Below, one piece after another: positions 18,897 through 29,934 of a DNA stretch of 64,000 bases. The stretch's first letter is position 1; each line of letters begins with the position of its first letter. The stretch is from Candidatus Saccharimonadia bacterium (GTDB taxonomy: Bacteria > Patescibacteriota > Saccharimonadia > UBA4664 > JBBRNT01): positions 20,448 to 84,447 of the forward strand of contig JBBRNT010000004.1 in assembly GCA_038230095.1 (NCBI GenBank). The letters are read 5' to 3'. The position numbers and the translations under genes were made by a program. The notes beneath the pieces are model-generated. The model made no database searches, was not told where the DNA came from, and worked only from the letters and a program-made list of their open reading frames with translations.

Positions 18897-19835
18897 ATGA
18901 CTCTTATAAAACACAAACTATCTCCTCTGGCCCTGGCGCCGGCTGCGCTGCTTATGGTCGTACAGCTACTCTTGCCTCTAGCCGCCCACGGCGAGGACAC
19001 GCCCATCCGGGGCCACCTGCCCGTGCAGTTTGGCGAGTTCCTACCTGCCATTACTGATCCAATGGCAGGGGAGTCGGTCATTACCGACAGCGAGGCCAAG
19101 TGGCAGAGGCCTATAGACATGGTCATGTACTACCAGGCCTGGGGCGATCACCAGAGCGACTGGCGCACCCCACGAGTAGACATACTACAGAAGATTGCCC
19201 CTCGGACTGCCCTTATTACCTGGGAGCCGTGGGACCCCAGCGCTGGCCCTTGGCAGACGCAGTATGCGCCGTCGGCCATTGCCCGCGGAAACTATGACGA
19301 CTACATTACCACCTGGGCCAAGGCGCTGGCAGACTTCGGCCAGCCGGTTTATCTGCGCCCGATGCACGAAATGAATGGTGGCTGGTACCCGTGGGGTGGC
19401 GCCTTGTGGGGCAATCCTGCACTAGACTATGTCGCTGCCTGGCACCATATGCACGACATATTCATGGCCGCTGGTGCCACCAATGTCCGCTGGGTCTGGG
19501 CCGCCAATGCCCAAGACGTGCCCGAGTCAAACCACTTTGAGCAGTACTACCCTGGCAGCGCCTACGTGGACGTACTGGGTCTGGATGGCTACAACTGGGG
19601 GAACACGCAGTGGTGGAGCCATTGGCAGTCATTTGACGACATTTTCCATAAGCCCTACGACCGCATTACTCAGCTGGGGGACCAGCCTATCTGGGTGGCA
19701 GAGACGGCCAGTACCAGCCGGTCTGGCGACCGCCCGGCCTGGATCCGCGACATGTGGACCACCGCCCAGACCCTCGATAGACTCACTACTATCATCTGGT
19801 TTTCCGGCGACAAAGAGACCGACTGGTCCATCTAG
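18897..19835 (+). CDS. Secreted glycoside hydrolase family 26 (beta-mannanase-like)
   Basis: Signal peptide; ITWEPW, YLRPMHEMNGGWYPW, YYPGSAYVDVLGLDGYN, PIWVAET. Confidence 0.88.
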   Translation: MTLIKHKLSPLALAPAALLMVVQLLLPLAAHGEDTPIRGHLPVQFGEFLPAITDPMAGESVITDSEAKWQRPIDMVMYYQAWGDHQSDWRTPRVDILQKIAPRTALITWEPWDPSAGPWQTQYAPSAIARGNYDDYITTWAKALADFGQPVYLRPMHEMNGGWYPWGGALWGNPALDYVAAWHHMHDIFMAAGATNVRWVWAANAQDVPESNHFEQYYPGSAYVDVLGLDGYNWGNTQWWSHWQSFDDIFHKPYDRITQLGDQPIWVAETASTSRSGDRPAWIRDMWTTAQTLDRLTTIIWFSGDKETDWSI

Positions 19836-20004
19836 TATTTTCATTTGTCAGGCATAGAATACGGCCATTGTTGAATAGCAAGTACAGCAAGCTCTGCGTC
19901 AATCGGTCGACAGAACCTTTGCAGGTCACCTACCGACACATTTGGGCGACGTTGCTCTTGGTGTTACCTCGGCTCCATCATCGCTCAGGGCAAATAATGT
20001 CCTA

Positions 20005-20033
20005 AAAAAAGCCCTCGTCAGATAGACGAGGGC
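20005..20033 (-). terminator. Terminator for the minus-strand 20430 gene
   Basis: aaaaaa-gccctcgtc-agata-gacgagggc. Confidence 0.75.
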
Positions 20034-20118
20034 AGGGAAGGCGTTGGCGCTAGGTTTGGGGTACAAGCTTGCTATATAGGCGCCTGTTGCCAGCCATGAG
20101 GCGTACATATTGGTTTGG

Positions 20119-20430
20119 CTATGGCTTCTTTCGCCGGATAAGGAGCTTGGCGCCCAAGACGGCCACTACCAGCGTACTAGCCGCTATGAGTACGACGCGG
20201 CCACTTTTCAACGTCACCCGGGCGTGGCGATCGTCTTCGGCTGCCCAGACGGAATCTATTTCATCTACCGCCACCAGCTCATCGCCGAGTTCAATGTGGG
20301 CGGCGTACAAAGAGTCGTGGCCGTAGTCAAAGCGCTGGTTCAGCCGAGCTAGAAGCTTGCGGACGTGGAGTATGCGGGCATGGATTGGTCGCAGATTGCG
20401 CGGGCTGCCGTCGGCGTTGCGCAGTACCAT
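20119..20430 (-). CDS. Hypothetical protein with C-terminal TM
   Basis: SD AAGGA, extended -10 TGcTATACT upstream, terminator downstream. Confidence 0.6.
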   Translation of the reverse strand: MVLRNADGSPRNLRPIHARILHVRKLLARLNQRFDYGHDSLYAAHIELGDELVAVDEIDSVWAAEDDRHARVTLKSGRVVLIAASTLVVAVLGAKLLIRRKKP

Positions 20431-20632
20431 AGCTAGTCCTTTCGAAGGTGCGTTCGTGGAGGAAATGCCTGGCTAGTATAGCAAAACGCCTCCAAATGAA
20501 AACCACCCCGCGGGATCGGGGTGGGTTTCGTACGGGGTGGCCCGCTCAACAAAGGTCAGTAGCGGTTAACCGGGAGACGGACAAACGAATCGATTAGTAT
20601 GGCACATATTTACAACTGGCGGTTAGGCACAT

Positions 20633-21088
20633 TTATGCTGCACTGAGCGCCTCGAAGTCGCGGAGGATCTGTATGGCATGCTCCTTGGGCGTTACTTTCG
20701 GGTACTCCTTGGCAATCTGGCCAGCGGGATCTATCAGGAAGGTCTTACGCATTATCCCTTGGTACTCCCGTCCCATGAACTTCTTCAGGCCAAATGCTCC
20801 GTAGGCTGTGGTCACCTTCTTGTCCTCATCGGCCAGTAGCGGGAAGTTCAGCTGGTACTTGTCGGCAAACTTCTTGTGGCTAGCCACGGAGTCGCCAGAA
20901 ACGCCTAGTATATATAGACCTTTTTCCTTTAGATAACTGTACTCGTCACGGAAGCTACAGGCCTCGGTCGTACAGCCTGGGGTGTCATCCTTGGGGTAGA
21001 AGTACAGCACTACCCACTTACCGGCGTAGTCTGCCAGGCAGTGGATGGTGCTGTCTTGGTCTTGGAGTGAGAAGCTGGGGGCTTTCAT
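20633..21088 (-). CDS. bcp: Peroxiredoxin Bcp
   Basis: VLYFYPKDDTPGCTTEACSFRD. Confidence 0.93.
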   Translation of the reverse strand: MKAPSFSLQDQDSTIHCLADYAGKWVVLYFYPKDDTPGCTTEACSFRDEYSYLKEKGLYILGVSGDSVASHKKFADKYQLNFPLLADEDKKVTTAYGAFGLKKFMGREYQGIMRKTFLIDPAGQIAKEYPKVTPKEHAIQILRDFEALSAA

Positions 21089-21136
21089 GGGCGTACCTCA
21101 TTACACTCGCTCTATCTTACCAGAAAAGCGCTATCC

Positions 21137-22288
21137 CTAGCGGTCAAATAGCGCCGTCTGGGCGTCCATACCGAAGCTAGCCAGGTTCTGTTTCAGGTAG
21201 TCTATCTTTTTCTGCAGCACCGAATCGCCCGCAGCCCACTGCAGTACCAGAGTCTTTTTCTCAGCCATCAGGTATGAGAAGGTCTCGGCGCGGTCCTCAA
21301 AGTCGTCGCGCCTGGCGTAGCCGGTCACAAACCCTGCCTTTGGGTGCTCGTCGTAGTCAGACCCGCGGCTGTCAGAGTAGGTGGATTTGGTGTAGGCTTT
21401 GGCGCCGGCTGGGTTCAGGGCAATCCAGGGGTCAGATAGCTGGGCAAGCATGGCGGGGCCAATAGTATTGGCTTCCAGCTTCTTGCCATCGTCGGCAAAT
21501 GCCGCCTGGTAAATGCTATCAAATAGTTGCTGGAAGTCGTGAGCGTGCCAGGCTTCATGGTTAACGTCGCGGTGAGCGTACAGTACCGTGGCATCAGATG
21601 CTGAATTGCCAAGCGTATCAATGCTGTAGAGAATGTCGCGCTTAGCCTCCCCGCCAATCTTCTGGCTGTCCACGCCAGCGTCTATCCGCGTATTTACACC
21701 AAACAGCAGGCTACCAAAGAAGCCTATAGATATTTGTAGCGGGTAGCGGGTGTATTCGGCCACAAAGACATGAAGAGCGGCCTTGGTCTGAGCCAGCTGG
21801 ACGGCTGTCGGAAAGCTGTATTGCCCCACGTACTTATAGCCAGGGTTGGCAGTCTTTAGCCCTGCTGCTGTCAGGATTACAGTTGGCGCGCGGTTGCCCA
21901 GTGGGCCGTCATCGGTGGGTTCTTTCGACATGAGCATATTTAGACTTGTCTCAAGCTGGGCGGGACTGTTCGCCGTATCTATAGCTGTGTTCAGGGCCAC
22001 AATTTCCGCCGGGCTGTAGTAGGTAGGCTTTTGCTGGTGAACCGCCGTGGTCCCAGTTCCGCCTACGCTACCAGGCTTGGTCGTAAGGTACTTACTGGCG
22101 ACCATAGTAGCTACCACGGCTGCCAGGACAATAGACATGGTCAGTGCCAGTGTGGCCGGGGATTTTCTAGTCTCGGGCGGTGGGGGAGCCAGCGGTGCCG
22201 CGGGGAAAGGCTCCATCTGCGGAGGGATACCGGGAGGTGCCGGCGGGGATGGTTCGACTATGGGTGCCATTTGTGGAGTATTTTCCAT
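21137..22288 (-). CDS. Membrane-anchored putative zinc metallopeptidase
   Basis: Pro-rich N-terminus, TM, HEAWH (HExxH) plus TGYA....EDRAETF third-ligand motif. Confidence 0.7.
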   Translation of the reverse strand: MENTPQMAPIVEPSPPAPPGIPPQMEPFPAAPLAPPPPETRKSPATLALTMSIVLAAVVATMVASKYLTTKPGSVGGTGTTAVHQQKPTYYSPAEIVALNTAIDTANSPAQLETSLNMLMSKEPTDDGPLGNRAPTVILTAAGLKTANPGYKYVGQYSFPTAVQLAQTKAALHVFVAEYTRYPLQISIGFFGSLLFGVNTRIDAGVDSQKIGGEAKRDILYSIDTLGNSASDATVLYAHRDVNHEAWHAHDFQQLFDSIYQAAFADDGKKLEANTIGPAMLAQLSDPWIALNPAGAKAYTKSTYSDSRGSDYDEHPKAGFVTGYARRDDFEDRAETFSYLMAEKKTLVLQWAAGDSVLQKKIDYLKQNLASFGMDAQTALFDR

Positions 22289-22401
22289 CTTGCTCAAAGC
22301 ATAGTCTAGACCGCCTTCAACCACAAGCATGATCAGCTCCTCCCGACAGATAGAAACTGCCCGGTTCAACCACACAATGTGCAGCGAACCGGGCAGGGCA
22401 G

Positions 22402-22839
22402 TTACTTACCAATGTAGAGCCAGGCCGGAGTAATGCGGACGGTGTGCACACCGTATCGTGGGTTCTCGTAGTCCGAGACGTAACGAATGCAGAACCCCCA
22501 GGCATTGTTGCGCTCTTGCGGCCCAGCCCAGCGTTCTCGCGCAGCTTGGTCCAGACCGTTCAGCCACCGCTCGGCCAAGGTGGGCGCAATGTCGTATCCG
22601 CTCACCGCCAGGAAGCTGGAGACAATGGGCGCATCCGGGTGGCGGCGGTTCTCGGGGCCCTCGAAGGTAATTACAAAGCCCAGCTCATTGTCACACACCC
22701 AGCCCCAGGGCTTGTCATATGGGACGCTGGTATAGGCCGCCAGTAGCCCTGCTCTGAGTGCGGGCAGCCCCCTACCCACCATGTAGAAGAATGGGCTTCC
22801 CAGGTAGCGGGTAATTGTCTCAGCGGCCATCGCTACCAC
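22402..22839 (-). CDS. Hypothetical protein
   Basis: 145 aa ORF overlapping the upstream orphan. Confidence 0.5.
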   Translation of the reverse strand: MVAMAAETITRYLGSPFFYMVGRGLPALRAGLLAAYTSVPYDKPWGWVCDNELGFVITFEGPENRRHPDAPIVSSFLAVSGYDIAPTLAERWLNGLDQAARERWAGPQERNNAWGFCIRYVSDYENPRYGVHTVRITPAWLYIGK

Positions 22840-23167
22840 TCGTGGCAGACCACCCGTGGCGTCCCAGCGACCATAATGGGTGCTTTTTTCTGAGAGCAGA
22901 CGAGCTCATGAAGCCCAGCTTTTTCAGCGCCTCCGCGCTCTGCGGGCCATCCAGCAAATCCAGCTCAATGATGGCAGGCGTCAGCGTGCTGAGGAGCACC
23001 GATCTGACTTGGCCGATCAGGGGCTCGTTGATGCCGCTTCCCAGTCCGTCCAGCTGCAGCAGATCGCGCGGTACTGGCTCGCGCTTAGCTAGCAGGTCAT
23101 GGCACGCAAAATGCATGTGGCCAGTCTTGTCCATGAGCTGCAGAATAACAGTGATGTGTACAGGCAT
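22820..23167 (-). CDS. Hypothetical protein
   Basis: SD GGAGA before MPVHITV. Confidence 0.5.
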   Translation of the reverse strand: MPVHITVILQLMDKTGHMHFACHDLLAKREPVPRDLLQLDGLGSGINEPLIGQVRSVLLSTLTPAIIELDLLDGPQSAEALKKLGFMSSSALRKKHPLWSLGRHGWSATSGSDGR

Positions 23168-23270
23168 AGGTACTCTCCTAGGTCGAGATGGGGTTAAGTA
23201 TGCCAGAACCCGGCAGCTTTGCAATCATAAGCAAAACGCCTGACTCAACACTGGGTCGAGTCGGGCAGGG

Positions 23271-23747
23271 TTATGATTCAGCCAGGTATGACTGGCCGGT
23301 GCTCGTTATCCGCCAACTCCGGTTGGTCGTGGGGGTTGCTAGGTCTAGGCAGTCAAGCCGCCCTAGCGCTGCGCGCAGGTTGTCCGGCGTGTCCTCCGTC
23401 GCTAGCTCCACTACCGGCACTACTTCTTGAGACACTAGCCGCAGGAGAATACGACGCTCAAGCTCGGTCAGGGTCGGACCCCTTCGCACAGTTTTGCGCA
23501 CACCTGGTGGGCTCTTGGGCCCCCTTGGGTAGTACGGCTGACGCGGCTGGTCACCTCTTTCGGCGTTCATTGCCTCTATCTCGTCACGGAAGACCATACG
23601 CTTACCATTAACCGTCTCGGCGCGAAGCCGCCCCTGCTTTACCCAGCCGGATATGCACGCTCGCGAGACCCGCAAGTAGTCTGCGGCACTGCTCTGCCGC
23701 ATTAGTTCACCAGCGAGGGCCAGTGTTTCCGCTTCCGTTGTAGGCAT
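23271..23747 (-). CDS. Excisionase/MerR-like HTH DNA-binding protein, possibly with a second winged-helix domain
   Basis: AADYLRVSRACISGWVKQGRLRA....KRMVFRDEIE; C-terminal LTELERRIL...WRITSTG; SD GGAGG. Confidence 0.7.
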   Translation of the reverse strand: MPTTEAETLALAGELMRQSSAADYLRVSRACISGWVKQGRLRAETVNGKRMVFRDEIEAMNAERGDQPRQPYYPRGPKSPPGVRKTVRRGPTLTELERRILLRLVSQEVVPVVELATEDTPDNLRAALGRLDCLDLATPTTNRSWRITSTGQSYLAES

Positions 23748-23818
23748 ACAACCTCCTAGGTCGGTCCCCTCTATCATAGTGTGACGCCGTCGCGAAGCAA
23801 GCATAACTACATTGTGTG

Positions 23819-23845
23819 CTGGCACTCTTGACACGTGAGTGCTAG
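23819..23845 (+). promoter_or_regulatory. CIRCE element 1 overlapping the -35 (TTGACA 23828-23833; -10 TACAAT 23852-23857)
   Basis: CTGGCACTC-N9-GAGTGCTAG vs consensus TTAGCACTC-N9-GAGTGCTAA. Confidence 0.9.
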
Positions 23846-23864
23846 CTCTACTACAATGGTGTTA

Positions 23865-23891
23865 TTGGCACTCACAGCCAAACAGTGCTAA
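23865..23891 (+). promoter_or_regulatory. CIRCE element 2
   Basis: TTGGCACTC-N9-CAGTGCTAA just downstream of the inferred start site. Confidence 0.88.
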
Positions 23892-23971
23892 TATTATCCC
23901 AGATACTCCTAATACTTCGAGGTAGAACACGCGGAAATGAACTACCAATCGCTGCACTATAAGGACACCTT

Positions 23972-24667
23972 ATGACTACCCGCCAGACCGAAATCCTAGC
24001 CGCCATTGTGGAGACCTACGCTCAGACGGCCGAGCCTGTCGGTTCCGGTGCTCTGACTGAGCTATTTGACTGCTCTAGCGCCACCATCCGCGCGGAAATG
24101 GTCGCTCTGGAGCAAGAGCAGTACATTATGCAGCCGCACATTTCCGCCGGCCGCGTCCCCACCGACAAGGGCTACCGCGCCTACGTCAACGCTATTACCC
24201 CAGAAGAGAGCGCCCCACGCCACTCCCAGGTGCTCGAGCGCCGCCTCCAGACCCTAGAGGCCGACTCAGACCGTGCGATCAAGCTAGCCACAGCCACCCT
24301 GGCCGACATGACTGGCAATATGGGCATAGCTACCTTGAGCGACAATGTCTACTTCTACGGCTATGGCAATCTGTTCCGCCAGCCAGAGTTCTACGCCACT
24401 GCCATGAGCTTCGAAGTAGCCCGCTTCCTAGACTCCGTAGAGAGCTGGCTATTCGAGGCCAGTCCCACCGAGCCGGTCAGCGTCTATATTGGTCGGGAAA
24501 ATCCTGTCGGTGGCACCAGCGGCTTGTCCATGATCATCGCCCGGTTCAAGTCCCCCGTATCCGACGGCAGCTACATTGGCCTCGTCGGCTCCACCCGCCA
24601 GAACTATGAACGAACAATAAACTTAGTCGCCCGAGCTGGCCAAGTATTAGAGGAGAGTTTCTCATGA
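23972..24667 (+). CDS. hrcA: Heat-inducible transcription repressor HrcA (short form)
   Basis: EPVGS..SSATIRAEM..QPHISAGRVPTDKGYR; CIRCE upstream. Confidence 0.92.
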   Translation: MTTRQTEILAAIVETYAQTAEPVGSGALTELFDCSSATIRAEMVALEQEQYIMQPHISAGRVPTDKGYRAYVNAITPEESAPRHSQVLERRLQTLEADSDRAIKLATATLADMTGNMGIATLSDNVYFYGYGNLFRQPEFYATAMSFEVARFLDSVESWLFEASPTEPVSVYIGRENPVGGTSGLSMIIARFKSPVSDGSYIGLVGSTRQNYERTINLVARAGQVLEESFS

Positions 24668-25188
24668 CAGATGAACACAAGAAGTCGCCAAAGAAAGCTA
24701 CCCGCCAGGAGTCTCACGCAGAGATCCACGTAGAGCAACACGTCGAAATGACGTCAAGTAGTGACGGCCTGGAGGAGCTAGAGCAGGACTTGAAGCGTGT
24801 CCAAGCCGAGTTCCAGAACTACAAGCGCCGCGTCGAGAGCGAGCGCGCCGAGTACCTGGCTCTGGGCCGCAGCGAGGCCGTCATGCTGCTCCTGCCCTTG
24901 CTCGACAATATTCACCGCGCCCTGGCCTACCTGCCAGATGATCTAAGCGGCCACGCCTGGGCCGGCGGCGTGCAGCAGGTAGGTAAGCAGGCGGACGACG
25001 TCCTGGCCAAGATGGGTGTAGAGAAGATCCCTACCGTCGGCCAGCCGTTTGACCCCAATCTGCACGAGGCCGTCGTCATGGAAGAGGGCGAGGGGGACCA
25101 CGAAGTGGTGGTTGAGGAGCTCCAGCCCGGCTACCGTCTGGGGGAGCGCGTCCTGCGTCACGCCATGGTCAAGGTAGGGCGAAGGTGA
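24664..25188 (+). CDS. grpE: Nucleotide exchange factor GrpE
   Basis: [34 protein letters not shown]. Confidence 0.95.
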   Translation: MTDEHKKSPKKATRQESHAEIHVEQHVEMTSSSDGLEELEQDLKRVQAEFQNYKRRVESERAEYLALGRSEAVMLLLPLLDNIHRALAYLPDDLSGHAWAGGVQQVGKQADDVLAKMGVEKIPTVGQPFDPNLHEAVVMEEGEGDHEVVVEELQPGYRLGERVLRHAMVKVGRR

Positions 25189-25240
25189 TCGAAAGCAATT
25201 ATCAGATTACAAATCACACAAGTATTTAAGGAGAACAATA

Positions 25241-27187
25241 ATGGGTAAAATAATCGGAATCGACCTAGGTACAACTAATAGCGCTATGGCGGTCATGGAG
25301 GGCGGCACGCCCACTATCATTGCCAATGCCGAGGGCGGTCGCACCACGCCATCTATTGTCGCCGCCAACAAGAACGGTGAGCGTCTTATTGGCCAGGTAG
25401 CCAAGCGCCAGGCCGTTATTAATAGTGAGAACACCGTCTACTCGGTAAAGCGTCTTATTGGCCGCCACTTTAGCGACGTCGAAGTGCAGCGTGATCTCAA
25501 GCTTATGCCCTACAAGATTGTTAAGGCCGGCGACGGCGTCAAAGTGACCATCGGTGGTAAAGACTACACCCCAGAAGAGGTCAGTTCACAGATCCTCGCC
25601 AAGCTGAAGGCCGACGCCGAGGCTTTCCTGGGTGGTCCTGTTACCGAGGCGGTCATTACCGTCCCAGCTTACTTCAATGACGCCCAGCGCCAGGCTACCA
25701 AGGACGCAGGTAAGATTGCTGGCCTAGAGGTAAAACGCATTATTAATGAGCCCACCGCCGCCGCTCTCGCCTATGGCCTAGACAAGAAGAAGGAAGAGAA
25801 GATTGTGGTCTACGACCTAGGTGGCGGTACCTTCGACGTCTCAGTCCTGGAGCTAGGCGACGGCGTCTTCGAAGTGAAGAGCACTAATGGCGACACGCAC
25901 CTAGGTGGTGATGACTTCGATCTAGTCATTATGAACTACCTTGTGGATGAGTTTAAGAAGGACCAAGGCATTGATCTGAAGGAAGACAAGGCTGCCATCC
26001 AGCGCCTCAAGGAAGCCGCCGAGAAGGCCAAGATTGAGCTGTCCACTACCAACGAGAGCGAGGTCAATCTACCCTTTATCACCGCCGACGCCTCTGGCCC
26101 CAAGCACTTCACCCTTACCCTTACCCGTGCCAAGCTAGAGCAGCTAGTGGGCGACCTTATTGCGAAAACTGCCGCCCCGTGCAAAGCTGCACTCAAGGAT
26201 GCTGGCCTAGAGGCGAAGGACATTAATGAGATCATCCTTGTGGGTGGTATGACGCGCATGCCAGCCGTCCAGAAGATGGTCGAAGAGCTATTTGGCAAGA
26301 AGCCTATGGCCGGCGTAAACCCCGACGAAGTAGTAGCCATTGGTGCCGCCGTCCAGGGTGGTGTGCTGGCTGGTGACGTCAAGGACGTCCTACTGCTAGA
26401 CGTAACCCCGCTATCGCTGTCTATTGAAACCATGGGTGGCGTAGCTACCAAAATGATCGAGCGCAACACCACCATCCCTACAAGCAAGAGCCAGGTCTAC
26501 TCCACGGCTGCCGATGGCCAGACGTCGGTTGAGATTAATGTGCTGCAAGGCGAGCGCGAGTTTGCCGCGGACAACAAGTCCCTCGGTAGCTTCCTGCTAG
26601 ACGGCATTGCTCCAGCTCCCCGTGGCGTGCCGCAGGTAGAAGTTACCTTCAATATTGATGCCAATGGTATCGTCAATGTGACCGCCAAGGACAAGGGGAC
26701 TGGCAAGGAACAGCACATTACCATCCAGAACTCTGGCAATCTGAGCGAGGACGAGGTGAAGCGCATGCAGGCCGAAGCCGAGGCCAACGCTGATACGGAC
26801 AAGAAGCGGAAGGACCTCATAGAGGCCCGCAACCACCTAGACGGTCTCGTTTACACCGCTGAGAAGACTATCAAAGACGCCGGTGACAAGGCCAGCGATG
26901 AGGACAAGAAAACCGCCCAGGATGCTATTGATGAAGCCAAGAAGGCACTAGCAGCTGAAGACTCTACAGCTGAAGACTTCGAAAAAGTCGCTATGGACCT
27001 GAGCGAGAAAATCCAGAAGGTCGGCGCCGCCATGTACGCGGATGCTCCTGGCACCGATGGCGCACCAGAGGAAGTTGAAGCCAGCGAAAAAGACGGCAAG
27101 ACTGAGCCCACCGAGGGCGAGGTGGTCGAAGGCGCCAAGGCCGAGGCCGATAAGGCCGCCGAAGACAAGCCAGAAGGCGATAAGTAG
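25241..27187 (+). CDS. dnaK: Chaperone DnaK
   Basis: [30 protein letters not shown]. Confidence 0.98.
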   Translation: MGKIIGIDLGTTNSAMAVMEGGTPTIIANAEGGRTTPSIVAANKNGERLIGQVAKRQAVINSENTVYSVKRLIGRHFSDVEVQRDLKLMPYKIVKAGDGVKVTIGGKDYTPEEVSSQILAKLKADAEAFLGGPVTEAVITVPAYFNDAQRQATKDAGKIAGLEVKRIINEPTAAALAYGLDKKKEEKIVVYDLGGGTFDVSVLELGDGVFEVKSTNGDTHLGGDDFDLVIMNYLVDEFKKDQGIDLKEDKAAIQRLKEAAEKAKIELSTTNESEVNLPFITADASGPKHFTLTLTRAKLEQLVGDLIAKTAAPCKAALKDAGLEAKDINEIILVGGMTRMPAVQKMVEELFGKKPMAGVNPDEVVAIGAAVQGGVLAGDVKDVLLLDVTPLSLSIETMGGVATKMIERNTTIPTSKSQVYSTAADGQTSVEINVLQGEREFAADNKSLGSFLLDGIAPAPRGVPQVEVTFNIDANGIVNVTAKDKGTGKEQHITIQNSGNLSEDEVKRMQAEAEANADTDKKRKDLIEARNHLDGLVYTAEKTIKDAGDKASDEDKKTAQDAIDEAKKALAAEDSTAEDFEKVAMDLSEKIQKVGAAMYADAPGTDGAPEEVEASEKDGKTEPTEGEVVEGAKAEADKAAEDKPEGDK

Positions 27188-27517
27188 TTGTTTGCCAGCT
27201 ACCAGTTGCGGGCGCGTACCACCAAGGTATTTGTCGGTGTACTCCTTGTGCTAGCGCTGCTCCACAATGCCTACCCGCACTGGTCCTGGCTAACGTTTGT
27301 CCTCGACTACATCTGGGTGCTTATCCTAGCCGTCGCTGTCTATGGCCTAGTTCGGCTTATCATTACCGGCCGCCGCGCCTACCGCGCCCTGACCAGTATG
27401 GATAAGAGCGCCCGCCAGCGGTTTGACCAAGCCAACCACCTTAGCCACAAGACTCCTAGGGCCAGCGAGGCCGTGGTCGAGGGTGAGGTTGTTATGGAAT
27501 CTAAGGCCGCCAAATAG
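27188..27517 (+). CDS. Hypothetical membrane protein
   Basis: Two TMs; abuts dnaK and the Nudix gene. Confidence 0.5.
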   Translation: MFASYQLRARTTKVFVGVLLVLALLHNAYPHWSWLTFVLDYIWVLILAVAVYGLVRLIITGRRAYRALTSMDKSARQRFDQANHLSHKTPRASEAVVEGEVVMESKAAK

Positions 27518-27921
27518 TGAACGAATTTACCCCACCTATCTCTGCTAAGGGCATTCTCATTGAAGATGGCCTGGTCTGGTTACGCCAAAATGAGTTTGGT
27601 AAGTGGGAACTCCCGGGTGGGCGCGTTGAGGCAGGTGAACAGCCAGAGGACACAGTCGTACGCGAATTGCGCGAGGAACTGGGTCTGGAGTGCAGCGTAA
27701 CCCGGCTCGTCGATGTCCGCATGCTAGAACAGACCTGGAGCACCCGCAACCCGTTTGCCCTAATTATTAGTTTCGCCTGCCGGGCTGGGGAGAATGTGGG
27801 GGATTTTGAACACATTGGAGAGGCTGGCCCAGCACAGTTTAAGCAGCACAAGCTAAGCGAGCTTGATAAACTTGATCTGCCCAGTGTCTACCACCAAGCA
27901 ATTATGAAAGCGAGCAAGTAG
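27517..27921 (+). CDS. Nudix hydrolase
   Basis: [27 protein letters not shown] Nudix box. Confidence 0.88.
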   Translation: MNEFTPPISAKGILIEDGLVWLRQNEFGKWELPGGRVEAGEQPEDTVVRELREELGLECSVTRLVDVRMLEQTWSTRNPFALIISFACRAGENVGDFEHIGEAGPAQFKQHKLSELDKLDLPSVYHQAIMKASK

Positions 27922-29051
27922 TGGCCACCAAGCGTGATTATTACGAAATACTAGGAGTCTCCAAGACTGCCTCCGCCGAGGAGATTAAGCGCGCCTATCG
28001 CAAGCTAGCCTTGCAGCACCACCCCGATAAGACGGGCGGGGACGACACTCGGTTCAAGGAACTGGGCGAGGCCTACGAGGTGTTGAGTGACACCGGCAAG
28101 AAGCAGCAGTACGACCAGTATGGCCACAATGGCCCGTTTGGCCCGGGTGGCAACGGCGGCGGTGCCGGTAGTGCTGGGTTTGGCGGCTTTAGTTCCGACG
28201 AGTTCGACTTTAGTGGTGCCGCCGGTGGCTTTGGCGACATATTCGAAATGTTCATGGGCGGCCAGAACGGTGGGCGACGCAGTGGCCCTACCCGCGGCCG
28301 TGACCTGGAGACCAATGTCTCCTTGGACTTCAAGCAAGCTGTCTTTGGCACCGAGCAGACTATCACCCTAGATCTAGAAGACACCTGCGACCGTTGCAAG
28401 GGCTCTACCGCCGAGCCCGGGAGCAAGGTGAATACGTGCAAGACCTGCGACGGCGCTGGCCAAGTGACGCGTGTACAGAACACCATTCTAGGCGCCATTC
28501 GCCAGAACCAGACCTGTGGCACCTGCGGCGGCCGCGGCCAGATCCCCGAGCAGACCTGCACCAAGTGTGCCGGGCGTGGAGTGGTCCGCACCACCAAGAG
28601 CCTTACCGTCAAGGTCCCCGCTGGTGTCGACAATGGCTCTACCATCCGCGTCACCGGTGCTGGTGGTGCCCCGGTAGGTGCTCCTGCTGGCGGCCAGAAG
28701 GGCGATCTATATGTACACATTCGTGTGCGCTACCAAGCCAAGTACACCCGCGAGGGACAGGACATTATTACCAATATCACGCTCGCCATGGCCAGTGCCG
28801 CTCTTGGTACCGAAGTGCCTATTGAGACCGTCGATGGGGTTGTTACGCTGAAGATCCCGGCCGGCACGCAGTCTGGTAAGACTTTTAAGCTCAGCGGTAA
28901 GGGTGTGCCCTATATTGGCGTGAGCCGCCGTGGCGACCACCTGGTGAACGTTACCGTAGACATCCCCACCAAGCTCTCGGCTAAGCAGCGTGAGCTCCTG
29001 GAAGAGTTTGCCGCAAGCGACGGTCCAAAGAAAAATTTCTGGAGCAAGTAG
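27921..29051 (+). CDS. dnaJ: Chaperone DnaJ
   Basis: [13 protein letters not shown] region, four CxxCxGxG-type repeats. Confidence 0.97.
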   Translation: MATKRDYYEILGVSKTASAEEIKRAYRKLALQHHPDKTGGDDTRFKELGEAYEVLSDTGKKQQYDQYGHNGPFGPGGNGGGAGSAGFGGFSSDEFDFSGAAGGFGDIFEMFMGGQNGGRRSGPTRGRDLETNVSLDFKQAVFGTEQTITLDLEDTCDRCKGSTAEPGSKVNTCKTCDGAGQVTRVQNTILGAIRQNQTCGTCGGRGQIPEQTCTKCAGRGVVRTTKSLTVKVPAGVDNGSTIRVTGAGGAPVGAPAGGQKGDLYVHIRVRYQAKYTREGQDIITNITLAMASAALGTEVPIETVDGVVTLKIPAGTQSGKTFKLSGKGVPYIGVSRRGDHLVNVTVDIPTKLSAKQRELLEEFAASDGPKKNFWSK

Positions 29052-29055
29052 TTAC

Positions 29056-29934
29056 CTACTTCGGCTTATCTGTACTAGTTACGGACTGGATGAATTCTGG
29101 CAGCATTGTGCGGTACTCTTCTTCTAGAATTGCTCGGGACTCAGCTAGGTCCGCTCCACGGTAGATGCCACCGCGACCAATAGTGACATGCCAGGCGCGG
29201 TGATGCGGGTTGAACAGCAGGGTATAGCCACTGCGTGCCAGCCTGGCGGTAAAGTCCACCTCCTCGTGCGCCGAGGTCCGAGAATTTAGTCGGGGGTTAT
29301 AGCCCCCAATCCGCGCGGCCGCATCGGCCCGAAACATATATGAGTTTACAAAGTAGTCCATGTTATAGCGAGTATCTTGGCTGAGCAGACTGTTCACCCC
29401 TGACCAATCCATAACCTGCTCCTTACGCCCAAATGCCGCCCTCCAGTCTCCGCCTACCTGGCTCAGTTCGAGCCGCTGCAGGTGGTGACTATGGGGCAGC
29501 GCCGTCACGGCGTCGGACGGCTGGGTGTGAGATATGGCTGGCACAGAACTGGTAATGTACCCAGACACGGCCCCAATTGTTGTCTTACTCACTAGATCAT
29601 CGTAGAGCGCCTGTATATATCCGGGGCCGAGTAGTAGGTCATCATCGAGCATCATAATAGCCTCTCCCAGCGCCATGTTGAGGGCCGCGTTCTTCGCCTC
29701 CACCAAGCCAGTCGTTGCGTTTGAGCACATATGCAGGGCCACCTCTGGGCGCAGTATTGCCGCAATCGGCACCAACTGCGCGAGCATAGCATGGTATGTC
29801 GCACGCTGCGGGTCGTCCTCATCAACCGAGACAATAATCTCCATGGGTACGCGAGTCGTCTGACTGAGTACATTGATGAGGAGCCCATAGAGCACGTAGG
29901 GCCTGTCGCGGCTCACAATGATGGTACTAATCAT
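29056..29934 (-). CDS. Glycosyltransferase family 2 (GT-A)
   Basis: IIVSRDR, GLVEAKNAAL, MMLDDD (DxD), HEEVDF..RL..G, terminal WH. Confidence 0.85.
   Translation of the reverse strand: MISTIIVSRDRPYVLYGLLINVLSQTTRVPMEIIVSVDEDDPQRATYHAMLAQLVPIAAILRPEVALHMCSNATTGLVEAKNAALNMALGEAIMMLDDDLLLGPGYIQALYDDLVSKTTIGAVSGYITSSVPAISHTQPSDAVTALPHSHHLQRLELSQVGGDWRAAFGRKEQVMDWSGVNSLLSQDTRYNMDYFVNSYMFRADAAARIGGYNPRLNSRTSAHEEVDFTARLARSGYTLLFNPHHRAWHVTIGRGGIYRGADLAESRAILEEEYRTMLPEFIQSVTSTDKPK

Noticed and set aside
23972-24667. Short HrcA (and the short TsaB at 61416) as pseudogenes
   Set aside because: Key motifs are intact and coupling to neighbours is normal; compact forms are expected in reduced genomes
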